34,788 nt of DNA from a virus (lineage: Duplodnaviria > Heunggongvirae > Uroviricota > Caudoviricetes), in IMG/VR virus record IMGVR_UViG_2897352509_000006; one strand, written 5' to 3'. The position numbers and the translations under genes were made by a program. Within the stretch, counting starts at the first letter, position 1. Each line of letters opens with the position of its first letter. The notes beneath the pieces are model-generated. The model did no database searches and had not been told where the DNA came from. It saw nothing but the letters and a program-made list of their open reading frames with translations. Shown piece after piece: positions 1 through 8,680 of this stretch.

Positions 1-1143
1 CTATGCTGTTTTGATATCTACGATAATCCAGTCTTTACCACGATCATCATTGTATCGGTCGGTCATTTTTCTGGATTTATGACCTAACAACTTTTGCGTA
101 TCCAGACCCTGTTCCCGATATAACCGTTCTGACAGAGATCGCTGCTCATGAAATGTGGGCGCAGTTCCTTGCTCCCATTTTATGCCACATTTTTCCCTGG
201 CCTTTTTAAAAGCCGTTGTAAGAGTATTTGCAGACACCTGGTCTCCTCTGTTTGCTTGAGAGGTAGTGTGACGGTAATGGACCAGATATTTACTAACAAC
301 AGCATCCCTGCACTGAGATATAACTTCACGAAGGGTAATATTCAGAGCATCGCATTTCAGGTTAAGCGGAATAGCAAGTTTTGAACCGGTTTTTTCCTGA
401 GTAATGTGCAACATGTCGTCCCAGATATCAGAGAATTTCAAATTGCAGATATCGCTTAAACGTTGTCCAGTGACAAGAGCAAGTAGCATCCCGCATTTTA
501 AATAGGGCTGCCGTCTGCTTACGCTGTCAAATATTGCCTGCCATTCGGGCAGTGATAATCTTTGACGGTTTACTCGATTTCGCGGTTGTTTTGTTGCCTG
601 CGCTGGGTTAAATCCTGGCGGAACATGTCCTGCGTGTTGTGCTTCTTTGAAGACGTCGATCAACACCATTCTCACGACTTGCGCCATCCTGTTATGACCT
701 TCAGCCTTTACAGCATCAATTATTTCGGCAATATCAAGTGCGGTAATATCCTTGAGGTGTTGCATTCCACAATGCTCACGGAAAAGACGGATGGGTTTGC
801 CTTTTTGCCGATAGGAGTTGGGTCTTAGTTCATTATGTTGCAGCCTGTCCTCCTGGATAGAATTATATTTATCAAGCCATTCTGTCACCGTAATGTCTGA
901 GCGCCTGCCTTTCATTCTTTCCAGACGCTCATTGACGCTTAATATTTGTCGGGTACGTTGTTCAGCAATAATGGTATTTGCTTCAGTAGCAACTTGTTTT
1001 GCTTCATTCTCATCAGTTCCTAAGCTATGAAAACGACCGGATAGTGGATGTTTGTATTGCCAATATACCTTTCCGGTTCGCTTATCTAATTTGCAATATA
1101 AATTGGGTATAGAGATTTTGTGAGATCGGGGGCTAGCAGCCAT
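1..1143 (-). CDS. int: Lambda-family tyrosine integrase (380 aa, complete; stop codon at window positions 1-3)
   Basis: N-terminal arm-binding-like region and C-terminal catalytic region with R (GQRLSD), H-x-x-R (HEQRSLSERLY) and Tyr (KMTDRYNDD) motifs; overall similarity to lambda Int but clearly a different specificity type. Confidence 0.9.
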   Translation of the reverse strand: MAASPRSHKISIPNLYCKLDKRTGKVYWQYKHPLSGRFHSLGTDENEAKQVATEANTIIAEQRTRQILSVNERLERMKGRRSDITVTEWLDKYNSIQEDRLQHNELRPNSYRQKGKPIRLFREHCGMQHLKDITALDIAEIIDAVKAEGHNRMAQVVRMVLIDVFKEAQHAGHVPPGFNPAQATKQPRNRVNRQRLSLPEWQAIFDSVSRRQPYLKCGMLLALVTGQRLSDICNLKFSDIWDDMLHITQEKTGSKLAIPLNLKCDALNITLREVISQCRDAVVSKYLVHYRHTTSQANRGDQVSANTLTTAFKKAREKCGIKWEQGTAPTFHEQRSLSERLYREQGLDTQKLLGHKSRKMTDRYNDDRGKDWIIVDIKTA

Positions 1144-1369
1144 CAGCGATTATCCGTTGGAGTTTTGGGTTTGCGTTTATTGGGAGTTGCGGTTCTGCAA
1201 GCGTTCCTACAAAACGGGAATTTCGGTCAATCATCCAGTAGCGACCAACTTTTATAGCGGGTGGGGCCATCATTTTCCCTTGCGCGTATTTTTTCAGAAC
1301 TCGCTCACTTGGTGCTAAGTCCCCAAATTCTTCTTTAGCCCAGTCCCGTAAAGTGATTAGTCGAGACAT
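1133..1369 (-). CDS. xis: Excisionase (Xis-like, 78 aa), overlapping the int start by 11 nt
   Basis: Pattern LxTLxxWA ... APPAIKVGRYW matches the lambda Xis winged-helix pattern (LTLQEW ... PPPVKDGREY); position immediately upstream of int on the same strand. Confidence 0.75.
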   Translation of the reverse strand: MSRLITLRDWAKEEFGDLAPSERVLKKYAQGKMMAPPAIKVGRYWMIDRNSRFVGTLAEPQLPINANPKLQRIIADGC

Positions 1370-1472
1370 TTGTCCTCCTCTTAGCTGCTGAGGGAGTTTG
1401 TGACCGATATATCTGACATGATATTAAGCTCATGGCAGGTACATCTCTTGACTGGTCATAGAGATAAATTTA

Positions 1473-2297
1473 ATGCTGAGAAATGCAGTATTGAATTTAT
1501 CAATTTTTCACCAGCTTCTGGTCTTTCTGGCTGTCATGCGCAAAACATATGGCTTTAATAAAAAACTGGATTGGGTTAGCAACGAGCAACTTTCCGAATT
1601 AACCGGGATATTGCCGCACAAGTGTTCTGCTGCAAAAAGTGTTCTGGTAAAGCGTGGGATTTTTATTCAGAGCGGGCGGAATACCGGCATTAATAATGTG
1701 GTCAGTGAATGGTCAACATTACCCGAATCAGGTAAGAAAAATAAAGTTTACCTGAAAGAGGTAAATTTACCTGAATCAGGTAAAAAAAGTTTACCCAAAT
1801 CAGGTAAAGGCGTTTACCCGAATCAGGTAAACACAAAAGACAAACTAACAAAAGACAATATAAAACCTTTTTCGTCCGAGAATTCTGGCGAATCCTCTGA
1901 CCAACCAGAAAACGATCTTCCTGTGGTGAAACCGGATGCTGCAATTCAGAGCGGCAGCAAGTGGGGGACAGCAGAAGACCTGACCGCCGCAGAGTGGATG
2001 TTTGACATGGTGAAGACCATCGCGCCATCAGCCAGAAAACCGAATTTTGCAGGGTGGGCTAACGATATCCGCCTGATGCGTGAACGTGACGGACGTAACC
2101 ACCGCGACATGTGCGTGCTGTTCCGCTGGGCATGCCAGGACAACTTCTGGTCCGGTAACGTGCTAAGTCCGGCCAAACTCCGCGACAAGTGGACCCAGCT
2201 CGAAATCAACCGTAACAAGCAACAGGCAGGCATGATAGCCAGCAAACCAAAACTCGACCTGACAAACACTGACTGGATTTACGGGGTGGATTTATGA
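1473..2297 (+). CDS. O: Replication initiator O; C-terminal half matches lambda O, N-terminal DNA-binding half is of a different specificity and possibly 5'-truncated
   Basis: C-terminal GWANDIRLMRERDGRNHRDMCVLFRWACQDNFWSGNVLSPAKLRDKWTQLEINRNK is lambda-O-like; iterons are embedded mid-gene as in lambda O; the ATG at 1473 has no clear Shine-Dalgarno, and the protein has fewer residues before the conserved LxxLRKTYG helix than lambda O. Confidence 0.85.
   Translation: MLRNAVLNLSIFHQLLVFLAVMRKTYGFNKKLDWVSNEQLSELTGILPHKCSAAKSVLVKRGIFIQSGRNTGINNVVSEWSTLPESGKKNKVYLKEVNLPESGKKSLPKSGKGVYPNQVNTKDKLTKDNIKPFSSENSGESSDQPENDLPVVKPDAAIQSGSKWGTAEDLTAAEWMFDMVKTIAPSARKPNFAGWANDIRLMRERDGRNHRDMCVLFRWACQDNFWSGNVLSPAKLRDKWTQLEINRNKQQAGMIASKPKLDLTNTDWIYGVDL
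1719..1875 (+). repeat. Replication origin: five ~17-bp palindromic iterons (1719-1735, 1748-1764, 1767-1783, 1791-1807, 1814-1830; consensus TTACCYGAAWSAGGTAA) followed by an AT-rich tract (1831-1875), inside the O coding sequence
   Basis: Directly visible repeats ttacccgaatcaggtaa / ttacctgaaagaggtaa / ttacctgaatcaggtaa / ttacccaaatcaggtaa / ttacccgaatcaggtaa, then acacaaaagacaaactaacaaaagacaatataaaacc; architecture matches ori-lambda (iterons plus AT-rich region within O). Confidence 0.85.
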
Positions 2298-2995
2298 AAA
2301 ACATCGCCGCACAGATGGTTAACTTTGACCGTGAGCAGATGCGTCGGATCGCCAACAACATGCCGGAACAGTACGACGAAAAGCCGCANTTACAGCAGGT
2401 AGNGCAGATCATNAACGGTGTNTTCAGCCAGTTACTGGCAACTTTCCCGGCGAGCCTGGCTAACCGTGACCAGAATGAACTGAACGAAATCCGCCGCCAG
2501 TGGGTTCTGGCTTTCCGGGAAAACGGGATCACCACAATGGAACAGGTTAACGCAGGAATGCGCGTAGCCCGTCGGCAGAATCGACCATTTCTGCCATCAC
2601 CCGGGCAGTTTGTTGCATGGTGCCGGGAAGAAGCATCCGTTATCGCCGGACTGCCAAACGTCAGCGAGCTGGTTGATATGGTTTACGANTATTNCCGGAA
2701 GCGTGGCCTNTATCCGGATNCAGAGTCTTATCCGTGGAAATCGAACGCGCATTACTGGTTGGTTACCAACTTGTACCAGAACATGCGGGCCAATGCGCTG
2801 GCTGACGCGGAATTACGGCGCAAGGCTGCCGATGAACTGACCTGTATGACAGCGCGAATTAACCGTGGTGAGACGATACCTGAACCAGTAAAACAACTTC
2901 CTGTTATGGGCGGTAGACCTCTAAATCGTGCACAGGCTCTGGCGAAGATCGCAGAAATTAAAGCTAAGTTCGGACTGAAAGGAGCAAGTGTATGA
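2294..2995 (+). CDS. P: Replication protein P (DnaB helicase loader), near-identical to lambda P; contains 8 ambiguous bases
   Basis: Translation MKNIAAQMVNFDREQMRRIANNMPEQYDEKP...KAKFGLKGASV matches lambda P along its length; N bases at 2389, 2403, 2413, 2422, 2689, 2694, 2710, 2720 produce X residues. Confidence 0.95.
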   Translation: MKNIAAQMVNFDREQMRRIANNMPEQYDEKPXLQQVXQIXNGXFSQLLATFPASLANRDQNELNEIRRQWVLAFRENGITTMEQVNAGMRVARRQNRPFLPSPGQFVAWCREEASVIAGLPNVSELVDMVYXYXRKRGXYPDXESYPWKSNAHYWLVTNLYQNMRANALADAELRRKAADELTCMTARINRGETIPEPVKQLPVMGGRPLNRAQALAKIAEIKAKFGLKGASV

Positions 2996-3294
2996 CGGGC
3001 AAAGAGGCAATTATTCATTACCTGGGGACGCATAAGAGCTTCTGTGCACAGGACGTTGCCGCGGTAACAGGTGCAACCGTAACCAGCATAAATCAGGCTG
3101 CGGCTAAAATGGCGCGGGCAGGAATCCTGGTCGTTGATGGTAAGGTCTGGCGAACGGTGTATTACCGGTTCGCTACCAGAGAAGAACGGGAAGGAAAGGT
3201 GAGCACGAATCTGATTTTTAAGGAGTGTCGCCAGAGTGCCGCGATGAAACGGGTATTGAGGGTATATAAAAGAACATCAANGGGAANACAATGA
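2992..3294 (+). CDS. ren: Ren protein (lambda ren homolog); 3' end uncertain because of ambiguous bases at 3282 and 3288
   Basis: MTGKEAIIHYLGTHKSFCAQDVAAVTGATVTSINQAAAKMARAGILVVDGKVWRTVYYRFATREEREGK matches lambda Ren; translationally coupled to P (overlapping ATGA). Confidence 0.85.
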   Translation: MTGKEAIIHYLGTHKSFCAQDVAAVTGATVTSINQAAAKMARAGILVVDGKVWRTVYYRFATREEREGKVSTNLIFKECRQSAAMKRVLRVYKRTSXGXQ

Positions 3295-3361
3295 TGAAAC
3301 AGGTGAGTTGAGTTCAAACTGTAGTACAATTCTCTCCAGTTTGAACAGGAAAGAATATGCT

Positions 3362-3694
3362 ATGAACCCTTATATTTATCTTGGTGGTGCAATACTTGCA
3401 GAGGTCATTGGTACAACCTTAATGAAGTTTTCAGAAGGTTTTACACGGTTATGGCCATCTGTTGGTACAATTATTTGTTATTGTGCATCATTCTGGTTAT
3501 TAGCTCAGACGCTGGCTTATATTCCTACAGGGATTGCTTATGCTATCTGGTCAGGAGTCGGTATTGTCCTGATTAGCTTACTGTCATGGGGATTTTTCGG
3601 CCAACGGCTGGACCTGCCAGCCATTATAGGCATGATGTTGATTTGTGCCGGTGTGTTGGTTATTAATTTATTGTCACGAAGCACACCACATTAA
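3362..3694 (+). CDS. emrE: Small multidrug resistance (SMR) efflux transporter EmrE, 110 aa
   Basis: MNPYIYLGGAILAEVIGTTLMKFSEGFTRLWPSVGTIICYCASFWLLAQTLAYIPTGIAYAIWSGVGIVLISLLSWGFFGQRLDLPAIIGMMLICAGVL is EmrE; ATG at 3362 preceded by aggaaag; the six-frame ORF from 3308 is an upstream extension. Confidence 0.95.
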   Translation: MNPYIYLGGAILAEVIGTTLMKFSEGFTRLWPSVGTIICYCASFWLLAQTLAYIPTGIAYAIWSGVGIVLISLLSWGFFGQRLDLPAIIGMMLICAGVLVINLLSRSTPH

Positions 3695-3938
3695 AAATAA
3701 TTTCTTTTAAAAGACTGCAATATGGCGGTTCATATCTTTACATGGGCCGCTTTTGTTAATGTTTTTAGTTTTTGTGTATTCTTTTGTGCCTTCAAGATTA
3801 TTGCGTAAGCAAATTGCAATACGATTATTGTTGTATATTCAAGATAGTGTGATCGTAATTGTCTTTTTAAATAAAAATTAAACAAAAATTATATCTCACC
3901 ACTAAGGTTTATAAAAGCATAAGTTAGCAGGTGTCACC

Positions 3939-5461
3939 ATGAAAAAAGCCATAGCATATATGCGATTTTCATCACCAGGTCAGATGTCTGGCGACTCATT
4001 AAACCGACAGAGAAGACTTATTGCTGAATGGTTAAAGGTAAATAGTGATTATTATCTTGATACCATAACATATGAAGATTTAGGATTAAGTGCATTCAAA
4101 GGAAAGCATGCACAATCAGGAGCTTTTTCGGAATTTTTAGATGCTATAGAGCATGGTTATATATTGCCAGGAACTACATTGTTAGTTGAAAGTCTGGACA
4201 GACTTTCAAGAGAAAAAGTCGGTGAAGCGATTGAACGTCTGAAATTGATTTTGAATCACGGTATTGATGTTATAACTCTTTGCGACAATACAGTCTATAA
4301 TATTGACTCTTTGAATGAGCCATATTCATTAATAAAAGCCATACTTATAGCACAAAGGGCAAATGAAGAAAGCGAGATAAAGTCAAGTCGGGTTAAATTA
4401 TCATGGAAGAAAAAACGGCAGGATGCACTGGAATCAGGTACGATTATGACGGCGTCTTGTCCGAGATGGCTCTCCTTAGATGACAAAAGAACGGCTTTTG
4501 TTCCAGACCCCGACAGGGTGAAAACTATTGAGCTAATTTTTAAACTCAGGATGGAAAGGCGCTCATTGAATGCAATAGCCAAGTATTTAAATGATCATGC
4601 TGTAAAGAATTTCTCAGGAAAAGAAAGTGCATGGGGGCCTTCTGTAATTGAAAAATTATTAGCGAATAAAGCTCTGATAGGTATATGCGTACCTTCATAT
4701 CGTGCAAGAGGGAAAGGGATAAGTGAAATCGCTGGCTATTATCCCAGAGTCATATCAGATGATTTGTTTTACGCTGTACAGGAAATTCGGTTGGCACCTT
4801 TTGGTATTAGCAATAGTAGCAAGAATCCTATGCTAATAAATCTACTTCGAACAGTTATGAAGTGTGAGGCTTGTGGTAATACCATGATTGTTCATGCGGT
4901 ATCTGGAAGTTTGCATGGCTATTATGTTTGTCCGATGAGAAGATTACATCGATGTGACAGGCCATCAATAAAGAGAGATTTGGTTGATTATAATATCATT
5001 AATGAATTTTTAATTGTAGCAAAATTCAACCAGTTGAAAACAAGAAAGATGCTAATGAAACTTTAGAGTTAAAAATTATTGAGCTTCAGATGAAAATTAA
5101 TAATTTAATCGTTGCATTGTCTGTCGCGCCTGAAGTTACCGCTATAGCAGAGAAAATAAGACTATTAGATAAGGAATTACGAAGAGCTTTGGTATCATTG
5201 AAAACTTTGAAGAGTAAAGGTGTAAATTCATTCAGTGATTTTTATGCTATTGACTTAACCAGTAAAAATGGACGAGAGTTATGCCGTACACTTGCCTATA
5301 AAATATTCGAAAAAATCATAATTAATACGGATAATAAAACCTGTGATATCTATTTTATGAATGGCATTGTTTTTAAACACTATCCTTTAATGAAAGTAAT
5401 ATCCGCCCAGCAGGCGATAAGTGCTCTCAAATATATGGTTGATGGTGAGGTTTATTTTTGA
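3939..5461 (+). pseudogene. ybcK: Large serine recombinase (DLP12 ybcK-like) split by a frameshift into a 375-aa piece (3939-5066) and a 123-aa piece (frame open from 5039, ATG at 5090, to 5461)
   Basis: N-terminus AIAYMRFSSPGQ carries the serine-recombinase catalytic Ser motif; the downstream ORF in another frame continues as a coiled-coil-like C-terminus; the frame switch falls beside an A-run at about 5037-5040 (ttgaaaacaagaaag). Could be a sequencing error. Confidence 0.7.
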
Positions 5462-5962
5462 GTAATAATCACTTTTTCAACCGTGCTATGGTATGAAAGT
5501 AAAGTAACTACTATGATATTAACTATCGAGCAAGAATATCCCCAGGCACTCAACAGGGCGCAGGTCAACGTGAATCGGTCATGACACGACACCGATTTTG
5601 CGGAATCAATGTTGCTTATGAATACAACATCCCGCTTAGTACATGTTCAACACATCAGCAAATTTTGAACTGGGTGTGGCACTTAACTGAAAAAACATGG
5701 ATGACACAAAATGTTACTCGTCGCTTCATTGAAGTAGCTTGTGGATATCACAAGCTAGACTATCGCCAATGATATTCAATTTTTGATTTTTTAGTATCAA
5801 CCTTCCATAATAATGTCACCGGAGCTTGAACAACTCCGGTGACTTCTGCGCATTTAAGGGGACTTAAATGCGACCACAATCTGAACTCCTTACCTTGTCA
5901 CAGATGCAGAAATGCACCTGCGATGTCTTGCATCCAGCGTTTGATCTCTGCGGAGGTGAAGC

Positions 5963-6418
5963 GTGAACCTCCCACAAGATGGCATCAAATTACATCGCGG
6001 TAACTTCACCGCTGTCGGTCAGCAGATCCAGACTTATCTGGAAGACGGCAAATGCTTTCGCATGGTGCTTAAACCGTGGCGCGAGAGACGCAGTCTTTCC
6101 CAGAATGCACTCAGCCACATGTGGTACAGCGAAATCAGTGAATACCTCATCAGCAGGGGGAAATCGTTCGCTACTTCAGCATGGGTAAAAGATGCTCTCA
6201 AACACACATACCTCGGTTATGAAACCAAGGACCTGGTTGATGTCGTAACCGGCGAAATCACTACTATCCAGTCGTTACGCCATACCTCCGATCTTGGTAC
6301 CGGAGAGATGTATGTCTTCCTGTGTAAGGTTGAAGCCTGGGCGATGAATATTGGCTGCCACCTGACTATTCCACAGAGCTGCGAGTTCCAGCTGCTGCGT
6401 GACAAGCAGGAGGCGTAA
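5963..6418 (+). CDS. ninB: NinB-family recombination protein (DLP12 ybcN-like), GTG start
   Basis: 151-aa product with an RSLSQN motif resembling lambda NinB RSLDQN; GGAGG at 5952-5956 six nt upstream of GTG 5963; sits at the head of a nin-like gene run. Confidence 0.7.
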   Translation: MNLPQDGIKLHRGNFTAVGQQIQTYLEDGKCFRMVLKPWRERRSLSQNALSHMWYSEISEYLISRGKSFATSAWVKDALKHTYLGYETKDLVDVVTGEITTIQSLRHTSDLGTGEMYVFLCKVEAWAMNIGCHLTIPQSCEFQLLRDKQEA

Positions 6419-6588
6419 TGGCTACACCGCTTATTCGTGTCATGAACGGACACATCTACAAAGTACCAAATCGTCGTAAGCGTAAACCTGAGCTGAAGCC
6501 ATCCGAAATACCAACACTGCTCGGATATACCGCCAGCCTGGTTGATAAAAAATGGTTGCGACTGGCAGCAAGGAGGAATCATGGCTGA
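6418..6588 (+). CDS. ninE: NinE-like small protein (56 aa)
   Basis: Hand translation [56 protein letters not shown], start overlapping the ninB stop (TAATG); matches DLP12 NinE from memory; absent from the ORF track (under 60 aa). Confidence 0.7.
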   Translation: MATPLIRVMNGHIYKVPNRRKRKPELKPSEIPTLLGYTASLVDKKWLRLAARRNHG

Positions 6589-6871
6589 TTTGAGAAAAGC
6601 AGCGCGTAGTCGGGAATGCCAAGTAAGAATCCCTGGCGTATGTAATGGCAACCCTGAAACGTCTGTACTGGCACATATCCGGCTGACTGGATTGTGCGGC
6701 ACCGGTACCAAACCGCCAGACTTGATTGCCACCATTGCATGTTCTGCCTGCCACGACGAAATCGACCGCCGCACACATTTTGTCGATGCTGCATATGCAA
6801 AAGAATGCGCGCTGGAAGGTATGGCGAGAACACAGGTTATCTGGCTGAAAGAGGGGGTTATTAAGGCGTGA
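6581..6871 (+). CDS. ybcO: YbcO-like Cys-rich protein (DUF1364 family, putative nuclease), 96 aa
   Basis: [64 protein letters not shown] matches DLP12 YbcO; ATG at 6581 preceded by aggagg. Confidence 0.85.
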   Translation: MADLRKAARSRECQVRIPGVCNGNPETSVLAHIRLTGLCGTGTKPPDLIATIACSACHDEIDRRTHFVDAAYAKECALEGMARTQVIWLKEGVIKA

Positions 6872-7230
6872 ATACCTACAGCATCACATTACCCTGGCCT
6901 CCGAGCAATAATCGCTACTACCGGCATAATCGCGGGCGCACGCACATCAGCGCAGAAGGGCAGGCATACCGTGATAACGTCGCCCGAATCATCAAAGGCT
7001 CCATGCTGGATATCGGCCTGGCTATGCCAGTGAAAATCCGTATTGAGTGCCACATGCCGGATCGCCGTCGCCGTGACCTGGATAATCTGCAAAAAGCCGC
7101 TTTTGAGGCACTCACCAAAGCAGGTTTCTGGCTGGATGATGCTCAGGTCGTTGATTACCGTGTTGTGAAGATGCCCGTTACCAAAGGTGGGAAGCTGGAG
7201 CTGACCATCACCGAACTGGGGAATGAATGA
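6868..7230 (+). CDS. rusA: Holliday junction resolvase RusA
   Basis: [79 protein letters not shown]...[15 protein letters not shown] is RusA. Confidence 0.95.
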   Translation: MNTYSITLPWPPSNNRYYRHNRGRTHISAEGQAYRDNVARIIKGSMLDIGLAMPVKIRIECHMPDRRRRDLDNLQKAAFEALTKAGFWLDDAQVVDYRVVKMPVTKGGKLELTITELGNE

Positions 7231-7367
7231 TGTTTGAGTCTTATATGGCAGAACGTCTTCGCCACCGCTGGATGCGCCTGCGCTTATATCGTTTTCCTGG
7301 TTCTGTTTTGACCGATTACCGGATACTGAAGAATTACGCCAAAACACTGAAAGGAGCTGCCGCATGA
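7227..7367 (+). CDS. ylcG: Small protein YlcG-like (46 aa), translationally coupled between rusA and Q
   Basis: Hand translation [46 protein letters not shown]; start overlaps the rusA stop and its stop overlaps the Q start. Confidence 0.5.
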   Translation: MMFESYMAERLRHRWMRLRLYRFPGSVLTDYRILKNYAKTLKGAAA

Positions 7368-8053
7368 ATACCCAATATTTACAGTATGTCCGCGAGCAAC
7401 TCATTGTGGCTACCGCTGATTTGAGCGGAGCAACGAAAGGACAGCTTGAAGCCTGGCTGGAGCATGCACAATTTGATACTGGTACATACAAACGAAAGAA
7501 GCCGCGCATTCTGGATGAGGTAACTGGCAGGATGATTACGCTGGATAATCCGCCGATTTCCGGTAAGCAGTCGTACGCAAAAGGTTCATCCATTGCACTG
7601 GTCAGCCAGGTTGAGTTCTCAACCTCGTCATGGCGCCGCGCGGTTCTGTCTCTCGAAGAACATCAGAAAGCGTGGTTGCTGTGGAGTTACAGCGAAAGTG
7701 TTCGCTGGGAACATCAGGTCACCATAACGCAGTGGGCATGGAGCGAGTTTAAGACTCTGTTGGGTACCAGGAAAATTGCAGGTAAGACACTGGAACGTTT
7801 GAAGAAGTTGATCTGGCTGGCGGCACAGGATGTGAAGAACGAGCTGGCAGGGCGTAAGACCTATGAATACCAGGAGCTGGCATCACTGGTGGGAGTGACA
7901 TCAAAAAACTGGTCTGAGACATTTACTGAACGCTGGGTTGCAATGAAACACATTTTTCTACAGCTTGATAGCCAAGCTTTATTGCTTTTAACGAAAACAC
8001 GTTCAAAACAAAAGACCACATTTTCACAGCAAGATATTGCAAAACTGGATTAA
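7364..8053 (+). CDS. Late-gene antiterminator Q-like protein (229 aa; not the lambda Q sequence type)
   Basis: Position immediately upstream of a terminator-containing leader and the lysis cassette, downstream of the nin genes; the sequence resembles Q-family antiterminators of other E. coli prophages as I recall them (not verified by search). Confidence 0.65.
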   Translation: MNTQYLQYVREQLIVATADLSGATKGQLEAWLEHAQFDTGTYKRKKPRILDEVTGRMITLDNPPISGKQSYAKGSSIALVSQVEFSTSSWRRAVLSLEEHQKAWLLWSYSESVRWEHQVTITQWAWSEFKTLLGTRKIAGKTLERLKKLIWLAAQDVKNELAGRKTYEYQELASLVGVTSKNWSETFTERWVAMKHIFLQLDSQALLLLTKTRSKQKTTFSQQDIAKLD

Positions 8054-8121
8054 AAATCATATATTTTATGTAAATCTGATATTTTGCCAATGTTGTACGC
8101 ACTGGCAGTAATCCAAATTCA

Positions 8122-8157
8122 AGCCCGAGGTTTAAAGCCTTGGGCTTTTCTGTTTCT
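8122..8157 (+). terminator. Intrinsic terminator-like hairpin (agcccgagg / tttaaag / ccttgggct + ttttctgtttctg); candidate tR'-type terminator of the late leader
   Basis: 9-bp stem with one G-U pair followed by a T-rich run, in the leader between Q and the holin. Confidence 0.5.
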
Positions 8158-8234
8158 GAACGGTGAGTAGCCTTCCAACCTACCCCAGCCAGGGGGTCTT
8201 CAGCTGTTGAGTTGATATTGCTTAGCCCTCTGTT

Positions 8235-8260
8235 GCCAGCTACATGCTGGCTTTTTTATT
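8235..8260 (+). terminator. Intrinsic terminator-like hairpin (gccagc / tacat / gctggc + ttttttatt) just upstream of the lysis genes
   Basis: Perfect 6-bp GC-rich stem with a 5-nt loop and a run of six T. Confidence 0.55.
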
Positions 8261-8374
8261 CCAGGCTTGTGGGGAGCATCAACTCCGTGCTTTGTCGTTA
8301 AATTACCCCGTGAGCCATCAACATATCATTTCACGCTCCGATTTTCTGTCGGAGGCGAAACTGCGGCTATTCAT

Positions 8375-8680
8375 ATGCACGAAAAAGAGAATCTTGCTGG
8401 AGCGTTCTGGCTTGTTTTGCTGATCATCGCAGGTTGGGGGGGGCTTGTCCGTTACCTGATTGATGTGAAGCAGAGTAAAGCAACGTGGAGCTGGATAAAT
8501 GCCCTCGCTCAGATAGTTGTATCAGGATTCACCGGTGTTATTGGTGGCCTAATCAGTATCGAAAGTGGATTCAGTATTTACATGATTCTCGCAACTGCGG
8601 GGATTAGTGGTGCGATGGGTTCGGTTGCACTGACGTACTTCTGGGAACGGCTGACAGGGGTGAAAAATGCAAAATCTTAA
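8375..8680 (+). CDS. Putative holin with three predicted transmembrane segments (not the lambda S or phage 21 S sequence type)
   Basis: Three hydrophobic stretches (AFWLVLLIIAGWGGLV, INALAQIVVSGFTGVIGGLI, IYMILATAGISGAMGSVAL) and a charged C-terminus; stop overlaps the R start; start ATG chosen at 8375 (MHEKEN), though the ORF is open from 8267. Confidence 0.6.
   Translation: MHEKENLAGAFWLVLLIIAGWGGLVRYLIDVKQSKATWSWINALAQIVVSGFTGVIGGLISIESGFSIYMILATAGISGAMGSVALTYFWERLTGVKNAKS

Noticed and set aside
148-1030. Plus-strand ORFs of 78, 88 and 70 aa inside the integrase gene
   Set aside because: Antisense to the integrase, which has clear catalytic motifs; likely spurious.
1719-1830. Short direct repeats that could superficially suggest a CRISPR array
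   Set aside because: Repeats are 17-bp palindromes separated by 2-12 bp inside the O gene, which is the iteron architecture of a lambdoid origin; no CRISPR-like spacers or cas genes anywhere in the window.
5581-5772. 63-aa ORF in the gap between the recombinase and ninB
   Set aside because: No recognisable motif, no clear ribosome-binding site; kept only as part of the non-coding-gap observation.
6217-7593. Minus-strand ORFs of 185, 112, 84 and 234 aa overlapping ninE, ybcO, rusA, ylcG and Q
   Set aside because: Antisense to a tightly packed, translationally coupled plus-strand operon with recognisable products; no supporting signals.
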